Shown piece after piece: positions 17,137 through 25,675 of a stretch of DNA of 26,701 nt. The position numbers and the translations under genes were made by a program. Below the pieces are notes generated by a model. The model made no database searches and had not been told where the DNA came from. It was given only the letters and a program-made list of their open reading frames with translations. This stretch comes from a virus (lineage: Duplodnaviria; Caudoviricetes). The first letter of the stretch is position 1, and each line of letters opens with the position of its first letter. Where the stretch lies: positions 1-26,701 of the IMG/VR virus record IMGVR_UViG_3300046001_000837. One strand, written 5' to 3'.

Positions 17137-17334
17137 TTATCCTTCAACAGTTACTTTACGAGGCCGACCCATTTTCTTAACTGGTGCAATCATGGGCAAA
17201 GGTTTGATTTCAGGCTCAACTTGTACGTGTTCATCCAGACGCACATAGCCCTGATGCCCACGCATCGAGTCAATGTCCACTGGCTGAGTAAAAGTCACAG
17301 TGTTGCCGGATTGCAAACAGCGAAAAGTTGCCAT
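17137..17334 (-). CDS. Hypothetical protein with C-terminal AT-hook-like KKMGRPRK
   Basis: 65 aa ORF directly after the terminator; basic GRPRK tail. Confidence 0.75.
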   Translation of the reverse strand: MATFRCLQSGNTVTFTQPVDIDSMRGHQGYVRLDEHVQVEPEIKPLPMIAPVKKMGRPRKVTVEG

Positions 17335-17343
17335 GATTACCCT

Positions 17344-17365
17344 AAAAAGGGGGCCGAAGCCCCCC
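17344..17365 (-). terminator. Rho-independent terminator after the decoration gene
   Basis: Minus strand GGGGGC-TTCG-GCCCCC-TTTTT. Confidence 0.88.
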
Positions 17366-17367
17366 GT

Positions 17368-17691
17368 TTAAACGATGCGAGCAATGACTAAATCAACAGT
17401 CGTTGACGCCAAGTTAACCGCAGCGCCAGTCGTGTTGGTCGTTGCGATAGTGACAGTGCCAGCAGCGGAAACATAAGCACGGCGAACAAGCCCTGCCTCG
17501 CTAACGGCAGCAGACATGCCGATGACCATATCGCCCAAGACAACGCCAGGGACGGCTACGGTGTCAGTTCCAGCGGCTTGATCCGCTACGGAAGCAGAAT
17601 CGAGGGTACAAGTCACAACCCATGTGTCACTGAAGACGCCACGGAATTGATCATTGCCCTGTCGGGATGTAATTGCGGTTGCAGCAGCCAT
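17368..17691 (-). CDS. Putative capsid decoration/cement protein
   Basis: 107 aa Ala/Thr/Val-rich; VPGVVLGD, AYVSAAGTVTI; directly after the major capsid gene; AAGGAG RBS. Confidence 0.72.
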   Translation of the reverse strand: MAAATAITSRQGNDQFRGVFSDTWVVTCTLDSASVADQAAGTDTVAVPGVVLGDMVIGMSAAVSEAGLVRRAYVSAAGTVTIATTNTTGAAVNLASTTVDLVIARIV

Positions 17692-17704
17692 TTTCTAACT
17701 CCTT

Positions 17705-17733
17705 AAAAATAATGCCCCCCATTTCTGGGGGGC
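17705..17733 (-). terminator. Hairpin with interrupted U-tract after the major capsid gene (leaky terminator or mRNA stabilizer)
   Basis: Minus strand GCCCCCC-AGAAAT-GGGGGGC-ATTATTTTT. Confidence 0.6.
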
Positions 17734-17739
17734 TTGGGG

Positions 17740-18702
17740 TTAGGCTGGCACTGCCAACGCAAAAGCGCTAGAAGACAGAGCTGCACCAGTTGTAGCGGCT
17801 GCACGAAGTGCGGCAACGCCATACAGGGTATCGCTTGTAAACAAAGTGGCAAGGTAATCTTGCTTGTACTGAGTTTGCGAACGGATACCAATTTGCTCTA
17901 CCAGAACCATAGCGTCTTTGTGACCCATCAAGCAGATACGATCTGTTGCAGTGTTACCAGCGCCAGTATCAGCATTGCTCGATGTAAACACGGGGATGCC
18001 GTACAGGTTGCCGATTTCACCATTGCGGATTGCATTGCCATTACCCACAAAAGCCTGTTCTGTGTAACGGGCAAGACCCATCAACGTATTACGGCTTGAA
18101 GGAGGAATGATAAAGAAGCGACCATCCATAGGAGTGTCGTTGTCATCCAAACGCTGAATGGTTCTGCGAATGGCAGCATCTGTCAAAGCACTTGCATTTG
18201 ACGAAGAACTGTTATAGACAGTCGTACCATCGCCACCGATGAAGGCTTTAGTGCTTGAAGCAGAAGTCGCATAGTCGTTAGTGCCAACAGTAGCACCATT
18301 GAATGCACGACCCAGTTGGATCAAGCTAGTGTCTACTTGCTTGGCAAGCGCATAGCCAGCGTCAGCAGTGTAGAACTGGCGCAAGCTGTTCAGGGCTTGT
18401 GCTTCAACGATGTCCTCAATGAAACGTGAATATTCAAAGTGCTTGTTGATAGACACTTGAATTTCTGTCTCAGTATCGGCAATCAGGGTAACGGCAGTAG
18501 ATGCTGCTTTTGCTGAAGCTGAACCACGGGTAGGTGCAGGAATGTGAACCACATCGCCCTTCTTACCTTTGAAGTTCATTTTCATAACGATGTTAGCCAG
18601 AACAAGATTTTTCTTGTAGGCGGCGATGATTTCATCACTCCAAATTTCGGGGATGAAAGTTGCTGCGGTGGTTACTGTTACCGCTGGGGTGGGATATGCC
18701 AT
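17740..18702 (-). CDS. Major capsid protein (HK97 fold)
   Basis: FIPEIWSDEI, KKGDVVHIP, GYALAKQVD, LDDNDTPMDGR, GEIGNLYGIPVFTS, DTLYGV; follows the scaffold gene. Confidence 0.92.
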   Translation of the reverse strand: MAYPTPAVTVTTAATFIPEIWSDEIIAAYKKNLVLANIVMKMNFKGKKGDVVHIPAPTRGSASAKAASTAVTLIADTETEIQVSINKHFEYSRFIEDIVEAQALNSLRQFYTADAGYALAKQVDTSLIQLGRAFNGATVGTNDYATSASSTKAFIGGDGTTVYNSSSSNASALTDAAIRRTIQRLDDNDTPMDGRFFIIPPSSRNTLMGLARYTEQAFVGNGNAIRNGEIGNLYGIPVFTSSNADTGAGNTATDRICLMGHKDAMVLVEQIGIRSQTQYKQDYLATLFTSDTLYGVAALRAAATTGAALSSSAFALAVPA

Positions 18703-18720
18703 GTTAATTCTCCAGTTAAA

Positions 18721-19452
18721 TTATCGAACACGACCTTCGGCATACGCTGTGAGTATTTCATCGTTCAGCGCTTCGTAGCGCGAAGGGTCAGTCATTTTGA
18801 GACGAATAAGGTCAGCCCGTCGATAAACCCGTTTTGAACTCTCGCCAGAGCCACCAACATCAACTTGCGCTGCTTTCATGCTCTTTGCCCTAGTAGCGTC
18901 AGACGCTTTTTCGGACTGTTGGGCTTTCACGCCGCGCAATTCTTTGTAAGTGGACAACAATTCATTAGCCGAATCATAGTCAAAGTCACCATCTGCTTTT
19001 GCATAGAGTCCCAGCCGAATAGGTGAAGATTTCACCCACTCTTGAAACCCAGTATCGTTGACCACTTGAGAGTAGTCAGGATGCTCTTGCGTTAGCTTTT
19101 GCTGAATCTGCATCTTTTTGAAATCTTGACCCGCTTGTCGGGCCGCGAGAACATCTGGATGCCTATCAATCGTCGTTTGAACTGCTTTTTGAGGATTCTC
19201 AAAAAAGTCAACTTCCGGTTCAACCTCTACTTGTTGCTGCTTAGAACTGAGGTTTTGCTTGAGCAACTCGTCAGCGAGTTTACGGACTTCGCCCACTTCT
19301 TGGGCTTGCTTGCCAATTAGCTTTTCAGCCTCTTGGTGCATCCGTACAACTTCTTCCAAACTTTTAGCCCTGTACTTGTCAGGAAGTTCAGCAGATTTTT
19401 TTTCCTCGATTTCAAGTTCACCTAGCGGCTCTTGTTCGTCATCAATCAACAT
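18721..19452 (-). CDS. Capsid scaffolding protein
   Basis: Acidic N-terminus, LPDKYRAKS, coiled coil, C-terminal DPSRYEALNDEILTAYAEGRVR; directly before the major capsid gene. Confidence 0.85.
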   Translation of the reverse strand: MLIDDEQEPLGELEIEEKKSAELPDKYRAKSLEEVVRMHQEAEKLIGKQAQEVGEVRKLADELLKQNLSSKQQQVEVEPEVDFFENPQKAVQTTIDRHPDVLAARQAGQDFKKMQIQQKLTQEHPDYSQVVNDTGFQEWVKSSPIRLGLYAKADGDFDYDSANELLSTYKELRGVKAQQSEKASDATRAKSMKAAQVDVGGSGESSKRVYRRADLIRLKMTDPSRYEALNDEILTAYAEGRVR

Positions 19453-19501
19453 ATTTTTTTCCTGCCAAAACGGTTGTAGGATAATTCAACTCGGCTTTCG
19501 C

Positions 19502-19729
19502 TTATGAGTTGGCTTTACGCTCTGCGCTTAACCTTTCTCGGTGCTTTCTCTCGAACCTTCCATGCGATGATGGAAACGTCCCAGACCACCCTTCTAAGTT
19601 AAACGACGGAGCGCTTATGACACGGGTGGCGAACCCCCCGCATCTGCACAGCACACTAGAAGTCTCATAAACCTCTAGCGCCTCTGTGCGTTGTCCGCAA
19701 TCGCAGACAAATTCATACATTCTTTTCAT
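19502..19729 (-). CDS. FmdB-like zinc ribbon protein
   Basis: MYEFVCDCG...CRCGG.ATRVISAPSF.LEGW. Confidence 0.8.
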   Translation of the reverse strand: MKRMYEFVCDCGQRTEALEVYETSSVLCRCGGFATRVISAPSFNLEGWSGTFPSSHGRFERKHRERLSAERKANS

Positions 19730-19952
19730 TCAAGTCCTCGTATGCTCGTTCGCTGACGCTTTTAAGCGTTTGTAGCCAAATAAGGATAGAAATCTCGCCT
19801 TTGCGGAATTGTAGACTTTTTTCGTCCGCAATGGTAGCGACATTGTTTAACGGGATGAGCATGTTGTCAACATCCTCCATCAAGTCAGCCCAGCCTTGGC
19901 GGGAGAACAGGTCAAACCGATCCTCATAATATTTTTGAAGTTCTTGATTCAC
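19713..19952 (-). CDS. Hypothetical head-module protein
   Basis: 79 aa helical ORF (GWADLMED, LQFRKGE); GGAG RBS, GTG start. Confidence 0.75.
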   Translation of the reverse strand: MNQELQKYYEDRFDLFSRQGWADLMEDVDNMLIPLNNVATIADEKSLQFRKGEISILIWLQTLKSVSERAYEDLNEKNV

Positions 19953-20557
19953 TGTTTGCTCCTAGCTAACATGGTTGCGGCGATTTGAAGCATTGCCTTT
20001 GCTTGGTCAAGGTCTTCAGGCTGGGTGGCCCATCCAACCGTAATCTGCCCAACAAAGCGTCCTGGCTCTGGCGGGACACTAATACGGCATGTATAGGCGA
20101 CTCCTCTGGCAATATACCAAAGCCCCATTTCTGATTGGGCTGACTTGTATTCGCCGCAAGGTATCTCACTTGCCATCAGTTTGACCACATCAGCGTTATT
20201 TGCCGCATTCTGGGTAAAAAGCCCAACATCTAGGCCGTCATTGGTCTTGTCCCTGCCGTTTTTGCCATAGGCGCGATACAGGATGCGCGTGCCGAACATG
20301 CTGTTGACCTTGAACACCGCTACCACCAGGGCGCCAGATTGCTTAAAAAGGTGGGCGGCTGCGTCCTCGACCCGATCTTCAGCGATTGTGGGTATCTTTT
20401 TAGATTCCTTGTAAGCCCCTATCAAAAGCTCTTGGTTTGTATATACAAAATACCCAGAAAAGGTTAAAACCGCCATAAGCACCATTGCAAACAGCCTAAA
20501 AGGGCTGGATACATAGGCCAGAATTTTGTCAACCAGTGCAAGACGCTCATCTGCCAT
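19949..20557 (-). CDS. Single-TM protein with GAF-like C-terminal domain, resembling T4 holin T architecture
   Basis: One N-terminal TM helix, then a ~160 aa soluble domain with two Cys (IPCGEY; YTCRISVPP...FVGQITVGW). Confidence 0.55.
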   Translation of the reverse strand: MADERLALVDKILAYVSSPFRLFAMVLMAVLTFSGYFVYTNQELLIGAYKESKKIPTIAEDRVEDAAAHLFKQSGALVVAVFKVNSMFGTRILYRAYGKNGRDKTNDGLDVGLFTQNAANNADVVKLMASEIPCGEYKSAQSEMGLWYIARGVAYTCRISVPPEPGRFVGQITVGWATQPEDLDQAKAMLQIAATMLARSKQ

Positions 20558-20560
20558 ATC

Positions 20561-21031
20561 TCACCCGCGCTGCTCAAGAATGCCAAAGGTGAAATACCCA
20601 ATAAACCCAAGAATTGCAAAGAGGACAAGCGCTACCAGCACGATCTCAACGACCTCATCGACTTCTTTCTTGCGCTTTTCAGCAGCCTCACGCTCACGCC
20701 GTGCATCATGTGCAGATTCGACATCCATTGCCGCTGCGCGGGACTTAATCTTGTTCCAGACATCTACCTTGCCGGACTGCATAAACAGCAGTTGCAACTC
20801 GTCCTCAAACCGCTTTGCCTGATCCAGAGCCATCTCGATCTGGATGGCCGTACCCATTGAGGACTTGGACTTCTTGGCGGCAACAACAGCCTTGGTAGCC
20901 GCGCTTTTAGCGTCAAAATATTTACCCAACACAGGGCCGAGAGACGATACATCGTCAACAGTCTTGCTGACCTTTTTAATCAGTGCGACTGCTGCCTGTA
21001 TGCCTGCGAGGGCCGTTAGTGGATCAATAAT
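20561..21031 (-). CDS. Coiled-coil protein with C-terminal TM helix; probable ATT start
   Basis: The frame is open 33 codons above the track start, to ATT ATT GAT CCA CTA (IIDPLTALAGIQAAVALIKK). GGAGG lies 6 nt upstream, with an in-frame TAG just before it. Confidence 0.7.
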   Translation of the reverse strand: MIDPLTALAGIQAAVALIKKVSKTVDDVSSLGPVLGKYFDAKSAATKAVVAAKKSKSSMGTAIQIEMALDQAKRFEDELQLLFMQSGKVDVWNKIKSRAAAMDVESAHDARREREAAEKRKKEVDEVVEIVLVALVLFAILGFIGYFTFGILEQRG

Positions 21032-21188
21032 TTTCGGCCTCCACTACTTTCTTAGGTTCAGGTTTACCTTTTTCCCGCCACTGGAGACACCAGACCTCTT
21101 TGCGGTCAGACGACCACGACCAGCGCACGCACTCAAAGACTGGCGCAGGCGCTTGTAACGTTGGCGGTGGTGGTGGCAGCGCGTCCAT
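21024..21188 (-). CDS. Small Pro-rich protein with CxRWxW...WC motif
   Basis: MDALPPPPPTLQAPAPVFECVRWSWSSDRKEVWCLQWREK...; TGATG-coupled to the upstream gene. Confidence 0.65.
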   Translation of the reverse strand: MDALPPPPPTLQAPAPVFECVRWSWSSDRKEVWCLQWREKGKPEPKKVVEAENY

Positions 21189-21415
21189 CAGCGCAGCTTG
21201 AAGTGATCCCAAAAAGCCGCAGCCGCCACGAACAGACCGCCTAGCCATAGCAAAGGTTTGGCTAATTTGCTAAGTGTCTCTAGCACTTTGAACGCGCCTT
21301 GGGCAGCGCTGAAAGCAGCAGTCACATCCTTGGTGCTTTCGGTCAGGGCGTCCACCTTAACCTCGACAGCCACCAGGCGGTCGTAGATTTCTCGGTGGGT
21401 GATGTCTTGGGTCAT
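21188..21415 (-). CDS. Small coiled-coil protein with C-terminal TM (XhlA/holin-like layout)
   Basis: EIYDRLVAVEVKVDAL heptads; C-terminal LLWLGGLFVAAAAFW. Confidence 0.7.
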   Translation of the reverse strand: MTQDITHREIYDRLVAVEVKVDALTESTKDVTAAFSAAQGAFKVLETLSKLAKPLLWLGGLFVAAAAFWDHFKLR

Positions 21416-21558
21416 GGTGCTGGCGCCGGTGGGGGGACTTGAGCTTCTGCCTGTTCTTTAATCTTGACGATAAGGGGCCACACACCGCTGGACGATGGCA
21501 ATGCCCCAAGCGTTTGCAGGACAAAGTTAATCTCGTTAACTTCAAGTTCCAGCTTCAT
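21412..21558 (-). CDS. Small fibre-associated protein (48 aa, not in ORF track)
   Basis: MKLELEVNEINFVLQTLGALPSSSGVWPLIVKIKEQAEAQVPPPAPAP; ATGA overlaps at both ends. Confidence 0.72.
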   Translation of the reverse strand: MKLELEVNEINFVLQTLGALPSSSGVWPLIVKIKEQAEAQVPPPAPAP

Positions 21559-21845
21559 GCTGCGCCCCAAGGCATGCCGTCAAGCACAGCAGGAGCAGCC
21601 AAGGCAGCAAGCTGTGTGTCGAGTGAGGCTTCCATTGCTGTCAAGTCCAAAGCCGTGCCAAGCCACGCAAGCACATTGGCTTCAGTGACATCGGCAAACG
21701 GAATCACTGTGTCGCCAGCAGTCAGGCCCACAGAGCCATAGCTGGATGCTGTGTGTTCACCAGATGTCTTGGATGCGCTCCAGTGAACTGTGGTGATGAT
21801 GCCTGTTGAGGCTTCGCGGTTTAGTTGGTTGATAGTGAGTTGCAT
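21555..21845 (-). CDS. Putative fibre assembly/chaperone protein
   Basis: TVHW, IPFADVTEANVLAWL, GMPW terminus; AAGGA RBS; directly after the fibre gene. Confidence 0.65.
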   Translation of the reverse strand: MQLTINQLNREASTGIITTVHWSASKTSGEHTASSYGSVGLTAGDTVIPFADVTEANVLAWLGTALDLTAMEASLDTQLAALAAPAVLDGMPWGAA

Positions 21846-21854
21846 GATGGTTCC

Positions 21855-23654
21855 TTAGATTGAAGTGATGGTCTGCCAAGCAGAACCGGAATAAACACAG
21901 AGTTTTGCAAGTGTTGTGTCAAAGACCATCAAACCAGCAGCAGGAGAGGCAATGGCGTTCTTCTGTGTGGTTGTCATGTTGGGCATTCTCACGCCCTTGG
22001 TGGTGCTTTGTGCGTCTAGGATGGCTGAGGCAGAGGGCGAACTCGTCCCAATACCCACATTGCCGCCAGATGTAATCCGCAACTGTTCTGCCGCAGAACC
22101 AGATTGTCCAGTTCCAAACGAAAGAGCGCCAAGCCCTGTAGTGCCTTCTGTGGAGCTAAGAATAAAACTGTGAACCCCGACTGGCCCTGGAGTAGCGTCC
22201 GATGTATAAAACTCAATTCGACCAGTTTGTTGGCTGGCTCCAGAGGAAATATCTGAATCTGAAAAACGCAGCGTATTGTTAGAAGCACCCCCGTCGTTAT
22301 TCCCAGAAATTTCTAATTTGGTATTAGGTACACTAGTCCCAATACCTACATTACCATCACTACCCTGCACAAACAGCGCATGAGTGTTGGTGTCGCTTTC
22401 AACACGGAAGTCGTAGTCACCGCCATCTTCGTTAAACACAGTTCCAACACTACCAGACAGCCTCATCAACTCTACACTAACGCCTGCCGCAGAAACGGCA
22501 AATTCTGCTCTACTGGTCGGGGTGGCTGTGTCGTCTGATGTTGTTGCTATATCAAATACTTCAATATCAGAAGCGTTAAATACGCTGAAATGCCCAATGT
22601 CTGTGGTTCCAGCAAAACTGCCTTTTAATCGCAAACTGGCTCTGGTTGTTCCGGCAATCTGAGCGATTACGCCTCCAGTACCAGAGACATCCAATTTATT
22701 CGTTGGCGTAACACCTATACCTACGTTACCAGAGCTATTAATTCTCATAACCTCCGCACCGCCCTCAGTAAAGGCAATGGTGTCAGCGGCAGGGAAGAAG
22801 ATGCCGGTGTTGGTGTCGCCTGTGGTGGTGATGGCTGGTAATGCCGCTGTGCCAGCAGAGAATGTAGCTACACCGCTTACAGACAGTTCAGTGAAGTTAC
22901 CCGCTGCACCGCCCTCAACCCGCTGCCAAATTGTGCCGTTGAAGGTAGCCCAGTCACCTACACCCCAGTTGCTGACGCCGTTCAGGGTTGTACTACCCGC
23001 AACCGACACGATGTAGAAGGTATTAGCCGTGCCAACGCCAGATGCCAGTGTCGGTGTATTGGTGCTTGCGTTCCAAGTGCCTTTGTAGACCAGCGCCGAT
23101 GAGATCAGATCGATCTGGTCTTGCAGGCTGGTCAATGTGTCTAGCACGCCTTGACTTGTACCGCCGCCATTGGTGATGACTTTGATCTGCTCTGCCAACT
23201 CAGGGGCAACCACCTCGCCCACATTAAGCAACCGTCCAGACGAAAGACTGATGATCAGGCTACCGTCAAAGTCGATATAAGCATCGCTGACAGAAACGCC
23301 ATCTTGACCATCAATGCCGTCGCTTCCGTTCAGGCCATCAACGCCGCGAAGCCCAGCAACGCCGTCTTTGCCGTTGCGTCCGTCCTTGCCGTCACGCCCA
23401 TCCTTGCCGTCAATACCGTTGCGGCCATCTTTGATGGTAGACACTCGCTTTTCAATCACCGTGGTTACGCCATCGTATTTTTCACGGATGTCAGAGTCGA
23501 TCTTCTTGAGGGCTTGGATTACCAACTGCACATTCTCAGCGGCCTTGCGCTGTTGCATTGCCTTGACCTCCGAAACGGAGTTGCTTACCGACTTAAACAG
23601 ATTGTCTGCAATGCCGTCTACTGACGCATCATCAAAAATTTTATCGATTGCCAT
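21855..23654 (-). CDS. Collagen-repeat fibre/spike protein
   Basis: N-terminal coiled coil, 15 G-X-Y triplets, YKGTWNAS..GDW module, three GNVGIG repeats, C-terminal MTTTQKNAIASPAAGLMVFDTT. Confidence 0.85.
   Translation of the reverse strand: MAIDKIFDDASVDGIADNLFKSVSNSVSEVKAMQQRKAAENVQLVIQALKKIDSDIREKYDGVTTVIEKRVSTIKDGRNGIDGKDGRDGKDGRNGKDGVAGLRGVDGLNGSDGIDGQDGVSVSDAYIDFDGSLIISLSSGRLLNVGEVVAPELAEQIKVITNGGGTSQGVLDTLTSLQDQIDLISSALVYKGTWNASTNTPTLASGVGTANTFYIVSVAGSTTLNGVSNWGVGDWATFNGTIWQRVEGGAAGNFTELSVSGVATFSAGTAALPAITTTGDTNTGIFFPAADTIAFTEGGAEVMRINSSGNVGIGVTPTNKLDVSGTGGVIAQIAGTTRASLRLKGSFAGTTDIGHFSVFNASDIEVFDIATTSDDTATPTSRAEFAVSAAGVSVELMRLSGSVGTVFNEDGGDYDFRVESDTNTHALFVQGSDGNVGIGTSVPNTKLEISGNNDGGASNNTLRFSDSDISSGASQQTGRIEFYTSDATPGPVGVHSFILSSTEGTTGLGALSFGTGQSGSAAEQLRITSGGNVGIGTSSPSASAILDAQSTTKGVRMPNMTTTQKNAIASPAAGLMVFDTTLAKLCVYSGSAWQTITSI
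23292..23426 (-). repeat. Collagen-like (G-X-Y)15 coding repeat
   Basis: GRN GID GKD GRD GKD GRN GKD GVA GLR GVD GLN GSD GID GQD GVS. Confidence 0.9.
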
Positions 23655-25671
23655 TTGTAAGCTCCGTGTTCAAATTTTCAAGGAAGTCGTTTTCCAAATC
23701 CACAACATTGCTCTTGGCGTTATTCATTTGCAACTCAACAATTTTAGACTTGTTCTTAATGTCCGCCTCTTTAAGCATCAACTCAGCAATCTTGACCCGC
23801 TTGTCAAATTCATTGCTTTCGTTGCCAGATGGAAGATTCTTAGTTGCCGAGGCCAGCACCTTGGCTTGAACCTCTTGCGGCATAAGCTGCGTTTCCACCG
23901 ATAACTTCTGAGCTTCTGCCCGATTCTGCTCGGCCTGAGTCGTGCTGACCGCAATCTGAGCCTGTGCCGCTTGCAGTGCCAGTTGCTGCTGGGCTTGCTC
24001 CAGTTGCTGCGCCTCTGGGTTGGGCTGGCTCATCTGATCCAATGCCGCAATCATTTCATACCTGTTAGACAGGCTGGAATTGGCAAAAATGCCCTTCAGA
24101 ATAATCGGTAGCACTGGTGTATTCGGGCCAAGCGTCTGCAACAGACCCACAAACTGCTGCTGTTCGTACTCCCGCGCAATGATGCCTAGCGTGGCCGTCG
24201 GGATAAACCGCATATCCACCGATGGATAGCGTTCTGGGTCGAACTGCATGAAGCGAAACGCCGCCTTCTGGATGAACGGGATCAAGAAATCCTCTTGGAA
24301 GTTCACCAGTGTGCGTTTGTACTTCTTGATGATGGTGGCAACCGCCATTGACATGCCAGCGCCGTCCCGATTGCCTTGGCTGACCATGCCTTGGCCGTCC
24401 ATCGTGCCAGTGGCTTGGAGCAACATGCGCTCAAACTCTTTGGCCGTGTTCAGATTGTTAAGACTTGTCTCGCCAAACTTGAACGGGTACAAAATCTCAG
24501 ATGGATTGCCGTTGACCAAGAACGCTTTGCCAGGTTTCACCTCAAACTTAGCGCCCCGTGGCAGTCGAGAAGCGTCCAAACCAATCATTGGTGAGGTGGT
24601 CAGCGCCAGTGAGTCCAGATGGCTACGAACTTGCGCGTCGATGGCCTTCTGCATGTTGTAGGACTTCTCCACCGTACCCCTGCCCAGCAGTCGATTCGGA
24701 ACAGTATCGTCTTGATAAGACAGAACTGGCCTGTCTTTCATCATGTACGGGTTTTCTTCAGCTTTTAGCAGCAAACCCTCGTTGGCAATCACGACAATGG
24801 CTTCAACCATATCGCTATAATCTTCTGCAACCGAGTCGTCGGGAAATAACTCCTCAACTTCCACGTCTTTCTCGGTCAGGTACTCCCTTGGCACAAGGCC
24901 GTAGTACGTCAATAATCTGACCTTGCCATCCCGATATTGGCTGACCTCTTGGGTCGGCTCAAGATCAGTGTCTTCATCGCCCGTGGTGATGTTCACCTTG
25001 CGGTAGATGCCCTTCTCAATGCCTTCCACGACCTTGTGGATGCTGACAAACTTCTCAATCGCCACGCCCATGCAGTCATCAATGCTTGTGCCATTGGGGT
25101 CAAACAAGAAATTCTTAGGGTTGACCGGCATGATCTTCACCGCAATGCGGCTTTTCTCCACCACACCAATGGCCGCTTGCCCCATCTGGCCTGGAATCGG
25201 CTGGGTGGCTGGCTCAAAGATTTTCTCCGTCTTCACGACGATCTCGCCAATGCCCGTGCCATAGATTTCAGCCATCAACTCGATCTGGTCGATAGCTTTT
25301 CTAATCTTGTCCTGCTTAAAGTCTTCCATCATCTGGGCTTTGAGCGCCTCGACATCCAACGGGTTGCCGTTGACATCTTTGAGATCGTCTTCAATGTCAA
25401 AGAACTCGCCCTGACCAAAGATCGCTTCCATGATCTCAGCATGGCGGGTTTCCACCGCTTGCTGGGTGGCAGGAGTCACGATTCTGCTGCGCTCAGACTC
25501 TCGCGTCTTGTCCTCGGCAGCCCATTCGCCACGAAAGATGCGCTCATATTCTAGGTAGTTCGGGAGAAAGTTCGTATCACGCCAGTCGCGCCAGCGGTCA
25601 CAGTGGTCAATGACGAAAGAGGTTAGCTCTTTGTCGTTTTCTGTTGGTTCGTCGAACTCATTTTGATCCAT
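23641..25671 (-). CDS. Portal protein (P22-like podovirus type)
   Basis: 676 aa; IYGTGIG, PKNFLFDP, LLGRGTVE, Gln-rich C-terminal barrel-like helix; upstream of scaffold and capsid genes. Confidence 0.9.
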   Translation of the reverse strand: MDQNEFDEPTENDKELTSFVIDHCDRWRDWRDTNFLPNYLEYERIFRGEWAAEDKTRESERSRIVTPATQQAVETRHAEIMEAIFGQGEFFDIEDDLKDVNGNPLDVEALKAQMMEDFKQDKIRKAIDQIELMAEIYGTGIGEIVVKTEKIFEPATQPIPGQMGQAAIGVVEKSRIAVKIMPVNPKNFLFDPNGTSIDDCMGVAIEKFVSIHKVVEGIEKGIYRKVNITTGDEDTDLEPTQEVSQYRDGKVRLLTYYGLVPREYLTEKDVEVEELFPDDSVAEDYSDMVEAIVVIANEGLLLKAEENPYMMKDRPVLSYQDDTVPNRLLGRGTVEKSYNMQKAIDAQVRSHLDSLALTTSPMIGLDASRLPRGAKFEVKPGKAFLVNGNPSEILYPFKFGETSLNNLNTAKEFERMLLQATGTMDGQGMVSQGNRDGAGMSMAVATIIKKYKRTLVNFQEDFLIPFIQKAAFRFMQFDPERYPSVDMRFIPTATLGIIAREYEQQQFVGLLQTLGPNTPVLPIILKGIFANSSLSNRYEMIAALDQMSQPNPEAQQLEQAQQQLALQAAQAQIAVSTTQAEQNRAEAQKLSVETQLMPQEVQAKVLASATKNLPSGNESNEFDKRVKIAELMLKEADIKNKSKIVELQMNNAKSNVVDLENDFLENLNTELTNGNR

Positions 25672-25675
25672 AGCG

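Noticed and set aside
19396-19403. A8 run in the scaffold gene as a programmed frameshift site
   Set aside because: It simply encodes E-K-K; I saw no stimulatory structure or useful alternative frame.
21024-21248. Embedded o-spanin lipoprotein using the longer 74 aa ORF
   Set aside because: No hydrophobic signal peptide precedes the first Cys; the coupled ATG at 21188 is the better start.
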